From: Octopus vulgaris
Taxonomy: Eukaryota
Assembly (NCBI GenBank): GCA_951406725.2
Contig: OX597824.1
Coordinates: 33,480,001 to 33,544,000, forward strand
DNA length: 64,000 nt
Direction: 5' to 3'
Shown here: positions 1 through 13,590 of the stretch, piece after piece
Layout: each line of letters opens with the position of its first letter
Numbering within the stretch: the stretch's first letter is position 1
The notes under the pieces: model-generated
The model's input: only the letters and a program-made list of their open reading frames with translations
Told to the model about the DNA's origin: nothing
Databases searched by the model: none
Made by a program: the position numbers and the translations under genes

Positions 1-52
1 CCTGTCGTATATATATATATATATACACAGATATATATATATATATATATAT

Positions 53-316
53 CTTCTTCTTAATCCTTTTTGCCCGGTTTCCTTGGCGCATAGGTTCCCC
101 ACCTGGACGGGACGCCGATCCGTCGCAGGTGAGCTGCAAGATGCAGGAGGAAAGAATGAGAGAAAGTTGTGGCGAAACAGTCAGTAGAAGGTCGTCATTA
201 CCTTCTGCCGGAGCCACGTGAATCTTAGGTGTTTCGCTCATAAACACACACATCACCCGGTCTGAGATTCGAACCCGCGAAACCGCTGCTCTAACCACTA
301 GGCCATGTGCCTCCAC
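53..316 (-). mobile_element. tRNA-derived SINE, family B, inserted in the (TA)n of a family A SINE
   Basis: Minus strand starts gtggaggcacatggcctagtggttagagc...gggttcgaatctc (A/B boxes); 3' part matches 12826-12965. Confidence 0.8.
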
Positions 317-484
317 TATATATATATATATATATATATGTTTGTCTGTGTTTGTCCCCCAACCAGGCTTGACAGCCGATGATGGTGTGTTTACGTCCCC
401 GTAACTTAGTCTTAGGGTCGATTTGTTCGACTCAAGGCGGTGCTCCAGCATGGCCGCAGTGAAATGACTGAGACAAAAAAAGAA
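317..484 (+). mobile_element. SINE family A, 3' half (5' half ends at about 1-10 and continues outside the window)
   Basis: Matches the family A tail ggcggtgctccagcatggccgcagt..aaatgactga; bases 1-10 (cctgtcgtat) match the end of the 5' half. Confidence 0.8.
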
Positions 485-504
485 TACATACATACATACA
501 TACA

Positions 505-537
<33 letters not shown>

Positions 538-891
538 GCTACTGTTAATAACTGGGTATTCACTTTGGAAGTTTCTCGTAACAGAAACCAATAAATTTTC
601 TGACATGCAACTGCTGATCGAATTATCATACTCTGTTAGGATTAAATGATTTATTGAAAGATATCATATTTTTTGCAAACTCCAGAATTTTTTTTTTTTA
701 AATCATCTGCTTGCGACTGGAATTCCTTCTTTTCGCCAAATTGACATAGAGCATTGCTTGAATTGAGTGTTTATCAATTGATATAGAGTGTAATCTATTG
801 TGGTTCTATTCTTTGTGAAATGCTGGGCTTAACTTGCTATTTTAAAATTGTATTTTCAAAACAGACACAAAGGTTAAATGATCAAAAGAGT

Positions 892-1050
892 AACCAGAGC
901 ATTCGGAAAGCGGAATCCTCCGCCAAGGCAACGCCAACATCCTTTCAACGATTGGCCAGAGATGATTTTTAAAATGAGAATATCTGAAATAAACTTGACT
1001 CCTCACACAAACGGGAATATTAAAAATGAACTCAACTGCTCTCAAAATTT

Positions 1051-1081
<31 letters not shown>

Positions 1082-1286
1082 CAGGAAAAATAATCCAGAA
1101 TCCTTGTCCGGTACTGGATCGATCCCAAAATCAATCAGTTCATGCCAGCCACGAGGTCAAACAACTCTGAAAGTTTCATCCGAATCCATCCTGAGGTTCT
1201 TGAGATATCTTGTCCACGGACAAACAAACAAACAAACAAACACGATTGAAAACAATACCTCCGACTTTGCTAATGCGGAAGTAATA
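892..1286 (+). mobile_element. Non-autonomous Helentron-like element (HINE/DINE type)
   Basis: 5' accagagcattc..cctccgccaagg, internal (CAAA)n, 3' hairpin cctccg..gcggaagtaat. Confidence 0.55.
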
Positions 1287-2814
1287 ATGAATTAATTCAA
1301 TTTTAGCTTTTTTTTTAATCATTTTATTTATGCATTTATTTATTTATTCATTTTATCCTCACAAAATAAATCATTTCGTCACAAAAAAATAAATCATATA
1401 AATGTCCGTTATAAATGGACGGAAACTATGTTTCATTAATAAATATTAGAATCTCTCTCTCTAAGGCCGCGGAGTAAGAAGAACACACCAGAAACATGAG
1501 ACAAGGAAGAAAATATTCTCCACACGGATTTCTCAACAATGACATTCTGTTTAAGGAAACATTTCAATAAGGTAGACTATAAAACACTGAGGTTAAATTT
1601 TTTGTCATTTTACAACTTTCAACAAGAGTCTTATGAAATTTCAGATGTGTAGTTTGTCTGAAAATATTCAAAGAAAATATAATTTTTCTGATTATGTTTT
1701 GAATCATAAAAGTATTTAAACGTCAGTGACAATATTCTTTTTTTTTCCTTTTTTCAATGAAATATCTATTAAAGCTTCCTAGTAATTTTATCTTAATTTA
1801 AGACAATGAATGTTGGTTCTGTGGATTGTATCTCTATTTTTTATAATATCCATAAAGTATAAAACGGAAAAATATATACTTGTTTTTAAAAAAAATTACA
1901 ATAGATATAATAATAGAATGAAAATCTTAATTTTTCTTCCTTTATTGTTGTAATGATCGGGATGAAAACAATTCCTAACCGTCAACTTATTTAAATTTCA
2001 CAACGTTTTAAAAATTATAAGAATTGTCAAAAATTCCATATAGATTATTTCTGTGTTACCCAAGCTATTTCCTCCAGGCACCACTATAACTTTCAGATAA
2101 ATGTATGCTCCACCGGTGGCATCCGTAAAAAAGATTTATAATTTATCGACTTCTCATAATTATATACTTTCCTTAAAGAAATATCTACACTAAGGCATTA
2201 GAAGAGTGCTATACTGTAGCAGTCTTCACACAGTTTGCTTGGTTGAAGGGATTGTTTTGGCTAGGCTGAGTACAGATGTAGCATGTTTACTACGAAAGGG
2301 GAAAAAAATGATTTTCACAATTCCATGTCACGCTAAAAAAAAAAAAAAAAATTAAAGAAGTGTTGGATCTCAGACCCCGCCACAATTTTCCCAAGCCCCT
2401 CTTTGGAAATCACTGGTTAAGATCATTTTAAAGTTTTACCGTAGCAGCGGAAACGTTTCTGGCATGATATTAAAATTCATTTAAAAAAACTCATTTATCT
2501 TCGTTTAAAAAATATTAAAATACATTTAAACATATTTCTTGCATCACATAATGTATATTTGCAGACGACGTAAAATATATCAACTTGTACAATGTTTAAA
2601 ATTCTGAATTTATAACTTCTTTTTATATATATAACAAAGTGAAATTAACTTTTTAGAGTTCACAGTGAATTTCATGAAAAAACAACAAAATGTAAAAACA
2701 AAAAAAAAAAAAGACAGTGATTTTTGCGGTTTTTTTATAGCGTCTTTCTGCTTCGAATAACAAATGATAACTATTGTATTTTGAAAAAAAATATTATGTG
2801 TACGTATATATATA

Positions 2815-3364
<550 letters not shown>

Positions 3365-3944
3365 CACATATATATCATATCAGAAAAGAAGTAGACTCTA
3401 AAGACTAGAGCAGGTTTCATATCCACGAAAGCCAGAGATGGTGACCAATCCAGGACCAGCGACACAGAGGAGGAATCCGGTGTCCCCGGTGCCACCACCG
3501 CAGATGATGACCATGCAATCATCATCGACACCGATGCGATGACCGACCCCGCACCATATGTTACCACCAGCCGCATCCACACTAACGCCGGCAGCTACAT
3601 CGCCAACCGTATGTCCAGAAATGATAACCACAGAAATGATAACCACCGCCGGATCATCGCACCATATCGATAACGTCAGCAACAGTGTTGCCAACAGCAT
3701 CCTCATGCCCGGAGCCTGCTAAAGATGTACCAGGGGTGGGGAATATAGCGACATCCTAAGTATGTAAATATATCGGATCAACCAGTACATCTTTCAAACG
3801 TCGCTTCTACAACCACCAGTCATCCTTCAGAGTCCCGAAAAACGTTTTGTCACGTCCCTGGCCAGCCATGTGTGGCATCTCAAAGATCGAGGGACCTCAT
3901 GTGATATCAGAGGGAAAATAGTAGAACATCCAAGCCCATATACT

Positions 3945-4343
3945 CTTTACTCTCTCTCTCTCTTTTACTTGTTTCAGTCATTTGACTGCGGCCATGCTGG
4001 AGCACTGCCTTCTAGTCGAGTTATTTTTTGTAAGCCTAGTACTTATTCTATCAGTCTCTTTTGCTGAACCGCTACGGGACGTAAACACACCACCATCGGT
4101 TGTCAAGCAATGGTGGGGTGGACAAACACAGACACACAAACATATACATACATACACATATATATATATATACATATATACGACGGGCTTCTTCCAGTTT
4201 CCGTCTTCCAAATCCACTCACAAGGCTTTGGTCGGCCCGAGGCTATCGTAGAAGACACTTGCCCAAGGTGCCACGCAGTGGTACTGAACCCGGAACCATG
4301 TGGCTGGTAAGCAAGCTACTTACCACACAGCCACTCCTGCACC
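3945..4343 (-). mobile_element. SINE family A, full length
   Basis: tRNA-like head gtggctgtgtggtaagtagc..ggttccgggttcagt, internal TA/TG microsatellite, tail aaatgactgaaacaagtaaaagag; more than 12 copies in the window. Confidence 0.9.
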
Positions 4344-4630
4344 TATATCAAAATTCTAAAGGACTATGCTAAACTTGGCACGTTAAATAATCGTAAAGAA
4401 GTTTTCTCTAAATGTGTCCATTTTAAGCGCTGCCTTCTGGAAAATTGGATCTCTCCGTTTGCTGATTAGACTATTTCGGGTCTCTAAGGGATTTTTTAAT
4501 CCTCTGGTCAAGGGCAGATAACTCGTCCTCATTAACGTTCTCATACGTTAGCCTTTAAATCTTAATATCTGAGCATTTCCTCTCGTCTGCGAACTAGAAA
4601 GTTTAAAATTTAAAATTTATTTGTCTTTGC

Positions 4631-4696
4631 ATAGAGTCTGACGAACTGTCCACATGGCTGTGGTTTTCGTGGATACGAAATCTTTGGTAATTCTAT
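4631..4696 (+). ncRNA. Type I hammerhead ribozyme fold in PLE pseudo-LTR
   Basis: AUAGAGU-CUGACGA-AC-UGUCCAC...GUGGAUA-C-GAA-AUC(UUU)GGU-A-AUUCUAU: stem I 7 bp, canonical core, stem II with a mismatched closing pair, stem III 3 bp, GUA site. Confidence 0.75.
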
Positions 4697-4748
4697 AACC
4701 AGAATTTGACTTTTTGTTTTATAATAAATATACATCTCTGTCTCTCTG

Positions 4749-4833
<85 letters not shown>

Positions 4834-4837
<4 letters not shown>

Positions 4838-5010
4838 GGAAAGTTTACGAAAATAAACAAAAGACGAAGGCAGGTGGAGTACAAACAAACAAATGTATTA
4901 GTATAGCGCTCAGGAATAGAAAAAGTCTTTTACGTTTCGAGCGTACACTCTTCTACAGAAAGATACACAGAAAAAATAAGGAGAGAAAAAATGCGTGTGG
5001 GAGCTAACGA
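4834..5010 (-). mobile_element. Element E copy 1: short PLE pLTR-like element in (TA)n, with variant hammerhead at 4926-4963
   Basis: Similar to 15316-15506, 35501-35730 and 45341-45516; flanked by microsatellites; core CUGUAGA. Confidence 0.75.
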
Positions 5011-5014
5011 TATA

Positions 5015-5117
<103 letters not shown>

Positions 5118-5216
5118 TGAATGTATATAAATATATATAAATATATATGTATGCATGCGTGTATGTATGTATATGCACTATAGGTATTCGTACACGTATG
5201 CATATCTGTATGTACA

Positions 5217-5294
<78 letters not shown>

Positions 5295-6111
5295 TTCACA
5301 CTTCCATTTGACAGTAAATTTTCTAAAAAAATTAGTCGGATTTAAGAAATAATACCGCAGTAATCATTTCATTGTCAACCAAAATGATTTACTGGGAATT
5401 TTGCGCCAGAAAACTAGAGAGACATGCAATACTAGAATAGCGACCAGTTCTATGAAATATGATATTTCATTTGGAACTAACACTTGAATTCAGTTGTATT
5501 ATGCACTAAATTTATTTCAGAAAGTAATATAAATATCTGGTGAGAATATACAACCTACATTTGAAATAGTCTAACTCTTGGAGAAATGCGCGTTTTAAAA
5601 TATGTCACATTTGATGTATCCAGCTTAACATTTTAGTATTACACATTAGACTAAGGCAACGCTTGACAAGCGCTTTTAAGGATTTTAGTCGATTTTATCG
5701 ATTCCTAGCCTTAATTTTAGTCTGTTTCGTATTTTATCAATTTGTTAAATTGAAGTTTACTGTACATAAATGAGCACAACTTGATACACAGATTCACATC
5801 GATAACCATGAGAATAGATACTCATACATGCACAAACATGCACACAATCACATACAATGGTCTTTTGAACAGTTTCTATCTCAAACTTTCTCCAAAAGGC
5901 CACAGCTGTAGTATGGGTTAACTACTAAGGCCACAGCTGTAGTATGGGTTAACTACTAACTTTTTCCATTACTACATTTTACCGTGTTGTTGGGTTGGAA
6001 TCGAGGGTGTACGGTTGCCAAGTAAACTTCGTAACTATGCACCTCTGTTCACCAGATTATAAAAATATCACCCAATATTGAATTGAATTACTTTGAGCTT
6101 TTTCACATTCA

Positions 6112-6516
6112 TCTCTTTACTCTTTTACTTGTTTCAGTCATTTGACTGCGGCCATGCTGGAGCACCGCCTTTAATCGAGCAAGTCGACCCCGGGACTTAT
6201 TCTTTTGTAAGCCCAGTACTTATTCTATCGGTCTCTTTTGCCGAACCGCTAAGTAACGGGGACATAAACACACCAGCATCGGTTGTCAAGCAATGCTAGG
6301 AGACAAACACAGACACACAAACACACACACACACATATATATATACATATATACGACGGGCTTCTTTCAGTTTCCGTCTACCAAATCCACTCACAACGCT
6401 TTGGTCGGCCCGAGGCTATAGTAGAAGACACTTGCCCAAGGTGCCACGCAGTGGTACTGAACCCGAAACCATGTGGTTGGTAGACAAGCTACTTACCACA
6501 CATCCACTCCTGCGCC
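6112..6516 (-). mobile_element. SINE family A, full length
   Basis: Near-identical to the other family A copies. Confidence 0.9.
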
Positions 6517-8384
6517 TATCTATGGAGATTTTATTATCTTTTCTAATTGGTTTCATCACACAAATAGCAAAAATATTGTATTTTTATCACAGAAATGTAA
6601 GTCCTAGAAGAGAAAAAATATTGCCTTGTATTTCTCTATTCTTTAAAAAATATATACAACTTTATTCATATAGTGTGTTTCTATTTTAAATGCTGTTTAA
6701 TTTAGTTATCTTCAATCTGTATGATTTTAAAACAATTATCGGTTTATAATTCATATATTAAAATGATAATATATTTAAAGTCGTCAGCCAAGAAATGTTT
6801 AATTTCTTGAACTAACATCTGTAGTAATGTGAAAATATTATCTTAATTAGTGATTCTGGTCAAGAAAGGTAGGGGAAGCAACTTTGCAATTTAAATGAAT
6901 AAAGTGTAGAGTTACTGTAGCTTTTCATTTTGATGTTTGGCAACAGAGTAACATCTTTGGACAAGTCTTGGTTTTAATATCACAGAATAAGAAACTAACT
7001 CCTTAATCGCTGTTTCTTCTTTTTCTATTACTTCTGCATCCATCGTTTCTTTTAATCCTTTAGTCAAGAAACGAAGACGTCGTCTGTGATCCGTAACAAG
7101 GCATCCATAACGGGTGGGGGAGGAAGGAAAACAGTGGTCTTCGCTAAAGGCACCCCATGTTCCAGGGTGTTAAACCGGGGGACAGAATTAAATAGAGCAT
7201 AGCGGGACTTGAACTGAGAACACAAAGTGAAAAGACAAATGCCACAAGGCATCGTGTCCAAATTCTTATACCTCCGTTACCCAACCACTTTCGATTGGTC
7301 CTTTATCGACCCCGAAATGAGGAAAGGCAAAGTTGATCTTGCTGGGATTTGAACCGAGAGTGATTTGAACACGCTCTAATGATGCAGCCAATTCGTGGCC
7401 CCTAAATATGAAAAAGTCATCACACTTCCGATTGCTGAACATGCCGAAGTGCTACGATACTCGAACCCTTTAGGCAGATTTAAGATGAAATCGAAAAGGC
7501 ATTTAATGACATTTTAGATTGAGGAAAAACTTAGATATAATGTTTATATTCCGTGCCGATACATAATAAATGTGTATCTGAGCATTAGATACACATTAAT
7601 AAATAAGAGAAAATAGCTTTTGCGTGTTACAAGATTTCAAGGTTACTGAGCAATATGGTAACGGTCTGCTTCAACCAGGTAGAAAGGTAGAGTATTTTAG
7701 ATGAAGGGAAAACACCAAGTAGAACCATTCATTAGCAATGTAATTAAATTGAATTGACTTCACCGGGAATGAAAAGAGCGGGTAACAAACATTTTATCGA
7801 AAGTTATTCAGCTAAAATTGTAGAACAAAATGCTCTACACATTTCTCTATAGAGTTACGCACAAGCTCAATTGATATCAAAACATCAAATATTCTAAAAT
7901 GACTAAGATTAAAGAATATTAAGTCTGATTTCAATTAAAAAACAAAAAAAAAAGAGAAATGACCATTTCAGCAGCGATAATTTAAAGACGTTAAAGGAAT
8001 TATCATAGATTTGAAATTATTATTCTTATGTTAAATCTATTTATATTTCCTAGATATAATGATTGCATAATGTAGTTTTAAATTTTTGACATCGACATCA
8101 TACAAAAACAATTGCATATCTAATTTTTTTTAGACGGGTTATTTTGTCTTCAAATTACATAAAACATATAAAGAAGTCTGTAAATTTAAGCCATGATTTA
8201 AAATAAAGGTCTGTAATGCATATAAAATATATAAACTCTATAGATTGTCGTTTACTGTGTATCAGCTGAAGTGCATAAGATTTCCTTCGTATTATCTATC
8301 TCATTACTAGTTATTAGAAATTACCAGAAGCTACTATTTCGATGAATTTGTGAATTTAGTTATATATATATATGTGTGTGTGTC

Positions 8385-8440
<56 letters not shown>

Positions 8441-8464
8441 TGTAGATAGATAGATAAACACAAA

Positions 8465-8985
8465 CACACACAATTTATAAACAAATTCATACTTTAGAAA
8501 TACAATAAATTGGCTGATTTATATGACATGCCAAGAAATCTTTCAAGCTCAGTACATATCGTTAGCTGTATTAAAAACCAGGACGTTGGTTTATGAGAAA
8601 AACAGGAAAAAAAAAAACGTGCAGAAAAAAAGCGCAAAAAAAGATGCAAAAAATGGGAAACGAAAAGAAAGAAAAGAAAAGTAAGAAAGCCAAGATCTTC
8701 AAAAAACCAAGAGGATCAAGGTCCTTATTTTTTTACTTTTTTATCTTTCTATCTTTTTTTCCCGTTCCACTTTTTGCATCAATCTTCTTCGCCCTTCTTT
8801 CTGCTCATCCTTTTTTCTTCGTGCTTTCACATAGACCATCGTCTCGGTTTTTAAATACATTCAACGATATGCACTGAACCTGAAAGATTGCATGGAGGTA
8901 CATGACACATTATATAGATTAGCCAAATTATGGTATCTCTAGAGCATGAAACTGTTAGTACTTTTTTTTTTTTGTAAATTGTGTT
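8465..8985. repeat. Long imperfect inverted repeat (foldback), centre about 8705
   Basis: For example aatctttcaagctcagtacatatcgtt (8537) versus aacgatatgcactgaacctgaaagatt (ending 8889); purine-rich left arm, pyrimidine-rich right arm. Confidence 0.75.
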
Positions 8986-9123
8986 TATAAAATGATATTT
9001 ATCCCTCACTAGACTACGTTTTTTGTTGATCCTAACTATAATGGAACTGCAAACTATATATATATATATATATATTCTTTCTTGTTTCAGCTCAGAGCTG
9101 CGGCCATGCTGATGCACCGCCGT

Positions 9124-9192
<69 letters not shown>

Positions 9193-9345
9193 TTCTAAGA
9201 TGTGTGTTTCTAAGACTTTTCCTAAGAATCTTTTGTCGTAGCAGTGACAAGCTATTTCTTGTAGTACTATGCAACCAGTCATTTCTTACTAAATAAATTC
9301 AAATTTGAAGCTAAAGTTGAAACGATCTAATTCGCACTTGGCCCA

Positions 9346-9648
9346 GGCACTCCGTCGGTTAACGACGGCGAGTGTTCCAGTTGAACCCGATCAATGGAAC
9401 AACCTGTTCGTGAAATTAGCGTGCAAGTCGCTGAGCACTCTACGCACTCGCGTAGTTTTTTCAAGTGGATTCAGTGTGACACAGAATGTGACAAAACTAC
9501 AGGTACAACTCATTTTTGAGAGCTGAGCAGATTAGAGCAACGTGAAATAAAAGTGTCTTGATCAAGAACACAACGTACCACCGGAAAACGAACTCACAAT
9601 CTTATTATCGTGAGCTGAGTCCTTCACCATTAAGCCACGTACTTTCAC
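9346..9648 (-). mobile_element. SINE family C, diverged copy
   Basis: Homologous to 48539-48860 (cgtgaaattagcgtgcaag, caacgtgaaataaaagtgtcttg). Confidence 0.8.
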
Positions 9649-10458
9649 TTAGTGTTGACTGAATGGTTTAATTAAGGTTTTACTGAAAGTTTTTTTAAGC
9701 AGAGATAAATACATACTTTGACATACAGCGCCTCAAGATGTTTCAATAGTCCATCGAAGCTAGTACGCCATGGTAGCTGTGATCTCGTAAAGCTTTTGCT
9801 AGCAACTTAAAAGTAAAACCTCCTTACAAGAGTGTATCTTTTGAACTCCTTGTAGAGTTTGGCACCAATATTCCTACAGGATAACTTATAAAAAAAAAAA
9901 AACTTAAACCAAATTCATTCACACCATTAACTAAACACAGGACGGAGAAAAACTGATGAAGTGCAGCACAAAAATCTAAAGGTTTGCAAGTGTTGCTGAA
10001 AATAAAGTGTTGACGCTATTTGTGTCGTTACATTTACTGGTAAGAAGCTTATTATTGTACTGTTTGGTGCAAACATTTGATAGTGAAAAAAATGTTCATG
10101 AATCCCTTACCCCAAAATTTAGTGTATTAAAATAAAATGTTGAATTTCACAACGTGATAATAGAAAAACATGATTAAAAAATATTTGAAATTTTACTTCC
10201 ATTTTCTTGTCACTGAAATTCATATATTCTTCACAAATATCAACTCATTGTTATGAGCATTTTAATCTTATTTACACGCATGCATACACGATCAAACGCA
10301 TACGCATGACTACTAACCCATTCAAACATGTTAGGTTCCAAAATTCTTTTGACTCTTTTTCCTTGATAACCATCTGCTATTCTTTGTTTAAAAAAAAATT
10401 ACAAGGCAATAACATTGAAATAAGTGATAGTACACAACACTTCTGCCCTTATAGTTTA

Positions 10459-10510
<52 letters not shown>

Positions 10511-10584
10511 GTGAACATATACACATGCACATACACTTACACTCACACATTAGTTGCATGTGTGTTTTTGTGAATTTGGGTACC

Positions 10585-11700
10585 TTACATGCGCCAAGGG
10601 GTTTTAATCGCTGTTTTTCCAATGATTTTCTTGTGGATTCTGCGGCAAATATTAGTTCGCCTTTCCATTAGAACTATTTTCTTATTTGAAATCTTTGTTT
10701 GGAGATCTGTACAGACGGTATGTCCTGAACGGACGCTATTTGTGTCGTTATATTTAGTGGCAAGAAGCTTATTGTTGTACTGTTTGAAGTTCTTTTGGAA
10801 ACCTTCATAGTTTCCTACTTGGGTTGTTTGGTGAACGGCAAGAACAGTGTTTGTAACGTCAATCACAACAAAACGAGATAATAAAGAATAAGTGACCAAC
10901 CAATTGTCGTAAGCTGGACTACCAACAATCAATTCAGGAATATTTTCCCATGGATAGTTTTTAGTTGTAAAGAAATAATCTTCAGCGTCCGAACGGAAAA
11001 TTTTACCGCGATGGCGTGCTGCATTTTCGATAGAAGAACTACTGAAAGCTTCTTGTTCTGTGAGATTCATTACGTTTGTCCGACGACCGACTATGAATAC
11101 TGGAGAAGTTGAGTAATCGATTTTCTGATCAATCAACTCTAATGTTGGTATAAGGTTCGAATTGAACAGTATGTCTGAGTTAACGTAAGCGTAGAAAGTG
11201 CTGTTGATATTTCTTAAAACATAGAGAAACATATGCTTAAGTATAGGCACACCAACTTCACCAGCCACCGGAACTGACCATATTTCGCAATTTGGACAGG
11301 AACATTCAGAATAATTCACTGAATCATTGAGGAACAGAATCACTCTGACATCATAACCTAATGATAACCAGTTTTTTAAAGAATTGATGTGTATTTTATG
11401 CTTCTGGTCTTTGCTGTTCCACGTTGTGAAAAGCGTAAGAAAGGCTTTGTTTCTGGTTTGATTTTGATTTGGTACATTTTCTGAACGACACGTGTCGTTA
11501 ACGGATAAAGTGTAGTTAAAATCTTTTGGAAACTCAAAAGAGTGTTTTAAAATATTGTTATTGAAATTGGCATCAATAATAATTGACGCCGTAGTAAGTT
11601 CTAATGAAATTGAAAATTGCTTGAAATAAGACACAATCCCTACAGTCATAATAATGTAAATGACTGCAATAAAGATTAAGAATTGGTTGCGCCGCATCAT
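10585..11700 (-). CDS. Putative type II membrane glycosyltransferase-like protein (371 aa), entire CDS in one exon
   Basis: Longest non-repetitive ORF. Short basic N-tail (MMRRNQ), one TM helix (FLIFIAVIYIIMTVGIVSYF), several N-X-S/T sequons, then a globular domain with FYAYVNSDILF (DXD-like), VGRRTNV, AEDYF, AYDNWLV and AVHQ motifs. Function is inferred from topology and motifs only. Confidence 0.85.
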   Translation of the reverse strand: MMRRNQFLIFIAVIYIIMTVGIVSYFKQFSISLELTTASIIIDANFNNNILKHSFEFPKDFNYTLSVNDTCRSENVPNQNQTRNKAFLTLFTTWNSKDQKHKIHINSLKNWLSLGYDVRVILFLNDSVNYSECSCPNCEIWSVPVAGEVGVPILKHMFLYVLRNINSTFYAYVNSDILFNSNLIPTLELIDQKIDYSTSPVFIVGRRTNVMNLTEQEAFSSSSIENAARHRGKIFRSDAEDYFFTTKNYPWENIPELIVGSPAYDNWLVTYSLLSRFVVIDVTNTVLAVHQTTQVGNYEGFQKNFKQYNNKLLATKYNDTNSVRSGHTVCTDLQTKISNKKIVLMERRTNICRRIHKKIIGKTAIKTPWRM

Positions 11701-11744
11701 AACTGGCTGGTGTCGAGTTTGGCAAACCAGTATTCTTTACTTCA

Positions 11745-11766
11745 CTGCAAAAAGAAAAAAAAAAAG
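11745..11766 (-). promoter_or_regulatory. Polypyrimidine tract and 3' splice acceptor of the coding exon
   Basis: Minus strand reads ...ttttttctttttgcag|TGAAG; AG at 11746-11745 leaves 44 nt between the acceptor and the ATG at 11700, implying an upstream 5' exon (not located). Confidence 0.7.
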
Positions 11767-11867
11767 AATGATTAACAACAAAATTTAACATTCATTTCAG
11801 TTAAACAACAATAATATTAATATAATTAAGCATGTTTTATTTAATTTAATATTGGAATAGTACCAAT

Positions 11868-12102
11868 ACCTATTTCTTTACTACCTACATGGGGCTTAAC
11901 ACAGAGAGGACAAACAAGGACAGATAAACGGATTAAATCGATTACATTGACCCCAGTGCATAACTGGTACTTCATTTATCGACCCCGAAAGGATGAAAGG
12001 AAAAGTCGACCTCGGCGGAATTTGAACTCAGAACGTAACGGCAGACGAAATACAGCTACGCATTTCGCCCGGCGTGCTAACGATTCTGCCAGCTCACCGC
12101 CT
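11868..12102 (-). mobile_element. SINE family D (Nin-domain-like)
   Basis: Head ggcggtgagctggcagaatcgttagc; central gtcgacttttcctttcatcctttcggggtcgataaa..gtaccag resembles the Nin domain of DeuSINE/Nin-SINEs. Confidence 0.85.
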
Positions 12103-12825
12103 TCATTTTTATACCTGTTTCATCTACAACCCATCTACTGCATATTTCATAGCCCTTGTTCAGCAACTCACTGGCCTCACCCCACCACAACTGCCAATTG
12201 TGCCCTTCATTTATCAGACTTTCACAAGCAGTTGTGATTCAACTAAAACTCTTTGCACTGAGTGCTCATCTTTGGTAGGAGAACCGTGCCTCAAATCTCT
12301 CATCCTCTGGTTGAATATCAGACACGAACCCACACGGAGGGATTCCTGCGTCACATCAAGCTCTGTACCTTCTTTTACAACAAAGAAACTAATAACAGCA
12401 GCACTAAATAATTTTTCTGATCTCGGCCGCCGCTCATTCCACTGAATACACAGCCAAAGACAGTTTAAAACTTTCAATATATTCACAAACTTGGCCGGAA
12501 TTCATTACACATCGCTACTTTGGACACCGACACGAACGCCGCCAACCAACAGTTAACGTTGGTGCTGTATGACGGTCTGACTTCTAAATCACTTTGGCAA
12601 CTCATTCAGCCCCTCTTGCACCGCAAACTTCCCAATGGCCAAACCACCACGTAAGCGATAACCCATCTCCATTATTCCTAACACACCTCCCCCTTCCTAC
12701 ATCAACAACCTAATCACCCACTTATCACTTACCTCTCTCATGTATTTCCTTCTCAAAATCTATCGGACTAATGCCTTGCATCCCAATCGTTTTCATTTGC
12801 AGCAACCCTTGAAAACTCATATACT

Positions 12826-12965
12826 CTTTTACTCTCACTCTTTCCTCCTGCATCTTGCAGTGCACTTGCAACGGACCGGCGTCCCGTCCAGGTGGGGAAC
12901 CTATACGCCAAGGAAACCGGGAAACCGGCCCTGATGAGCCAGGCATGGCTCGAGAAGGAACAAGA
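12826..12965 (+). mobile_element. SINE family B, 3' fragment
   Basis: Reverse-complement match to 75-165. Confidence 0.75.
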
Positions 12966-13079
12966 TAGAAACAAAAGAGAGAATTATTGTAAACGGAACT
13001 CATACCATGTAAAAGAAAAATACTCTCTCTTTCTCTTTCTCTCCCCTTCTCTCCTCCATCTCTCTCTCTACCTCTCTTT

Positions 13080-13130
<51 letters not shown>

Positions 13131-13590
13131 CGTTTGCTCATATTTTAAGTAACAACTGATCACCAGCTGGATCTATGTTCACTATCCAAACTAGGGAAGT
13201 TCTAATTTGTGATGTCTAAACATATAGATGATATTTGTTGGATTAGCTTGAGACGAAAACATCTAATGTTAGGGATTTGACACGCAAGATGGTTTCATTT
13301 GCTTGCTTAGCTTTCGTTGTTCAAGGTCCATGTCGAGCAATACTTAGCCGATTCTCAACTTCTAGTCCTCATTCCTTACGCGACGAAAACTCGTACATGG
13401 TCGTCTATGACAATAGTGTTCGGTGGCGACATCTTAACTTATTACATATTGATAACCTATTGATCTCTGATGTACTTTGAATTATTATCGATTAGGATGA
13501 ATCATGTAATTTAGTTTCCAAACATGAAATGAAAAAAACTACATAAACGATATACAGAAATTATATTACTTTTATAATTATGTTATATTA

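Noticed and set aside
5896-5957. Perfect 31-bp tandem duplication (similar small duplications at 23525/23661 and 25632/26575)
   Set aside because: Ordinary slippage or local duplication in decayed repeats, with no sign of function.
8593-8877. Lys-rich then Phe-rich 94-aa ORF
   Set aside because: By-product of the purine/pyrimidine foldback.
10207-10810. Plus-strand ORFs overlapping the gene
   Set aside because: Antisense shadow ORFs that include a CA repeat and have no motifs.
12105-12725. Possible exon or Tx1/L1 LINE fragment
   Set aside because: GC-rich and vaguely LINE-like on the minus strand, but no motif can be read with confidence.
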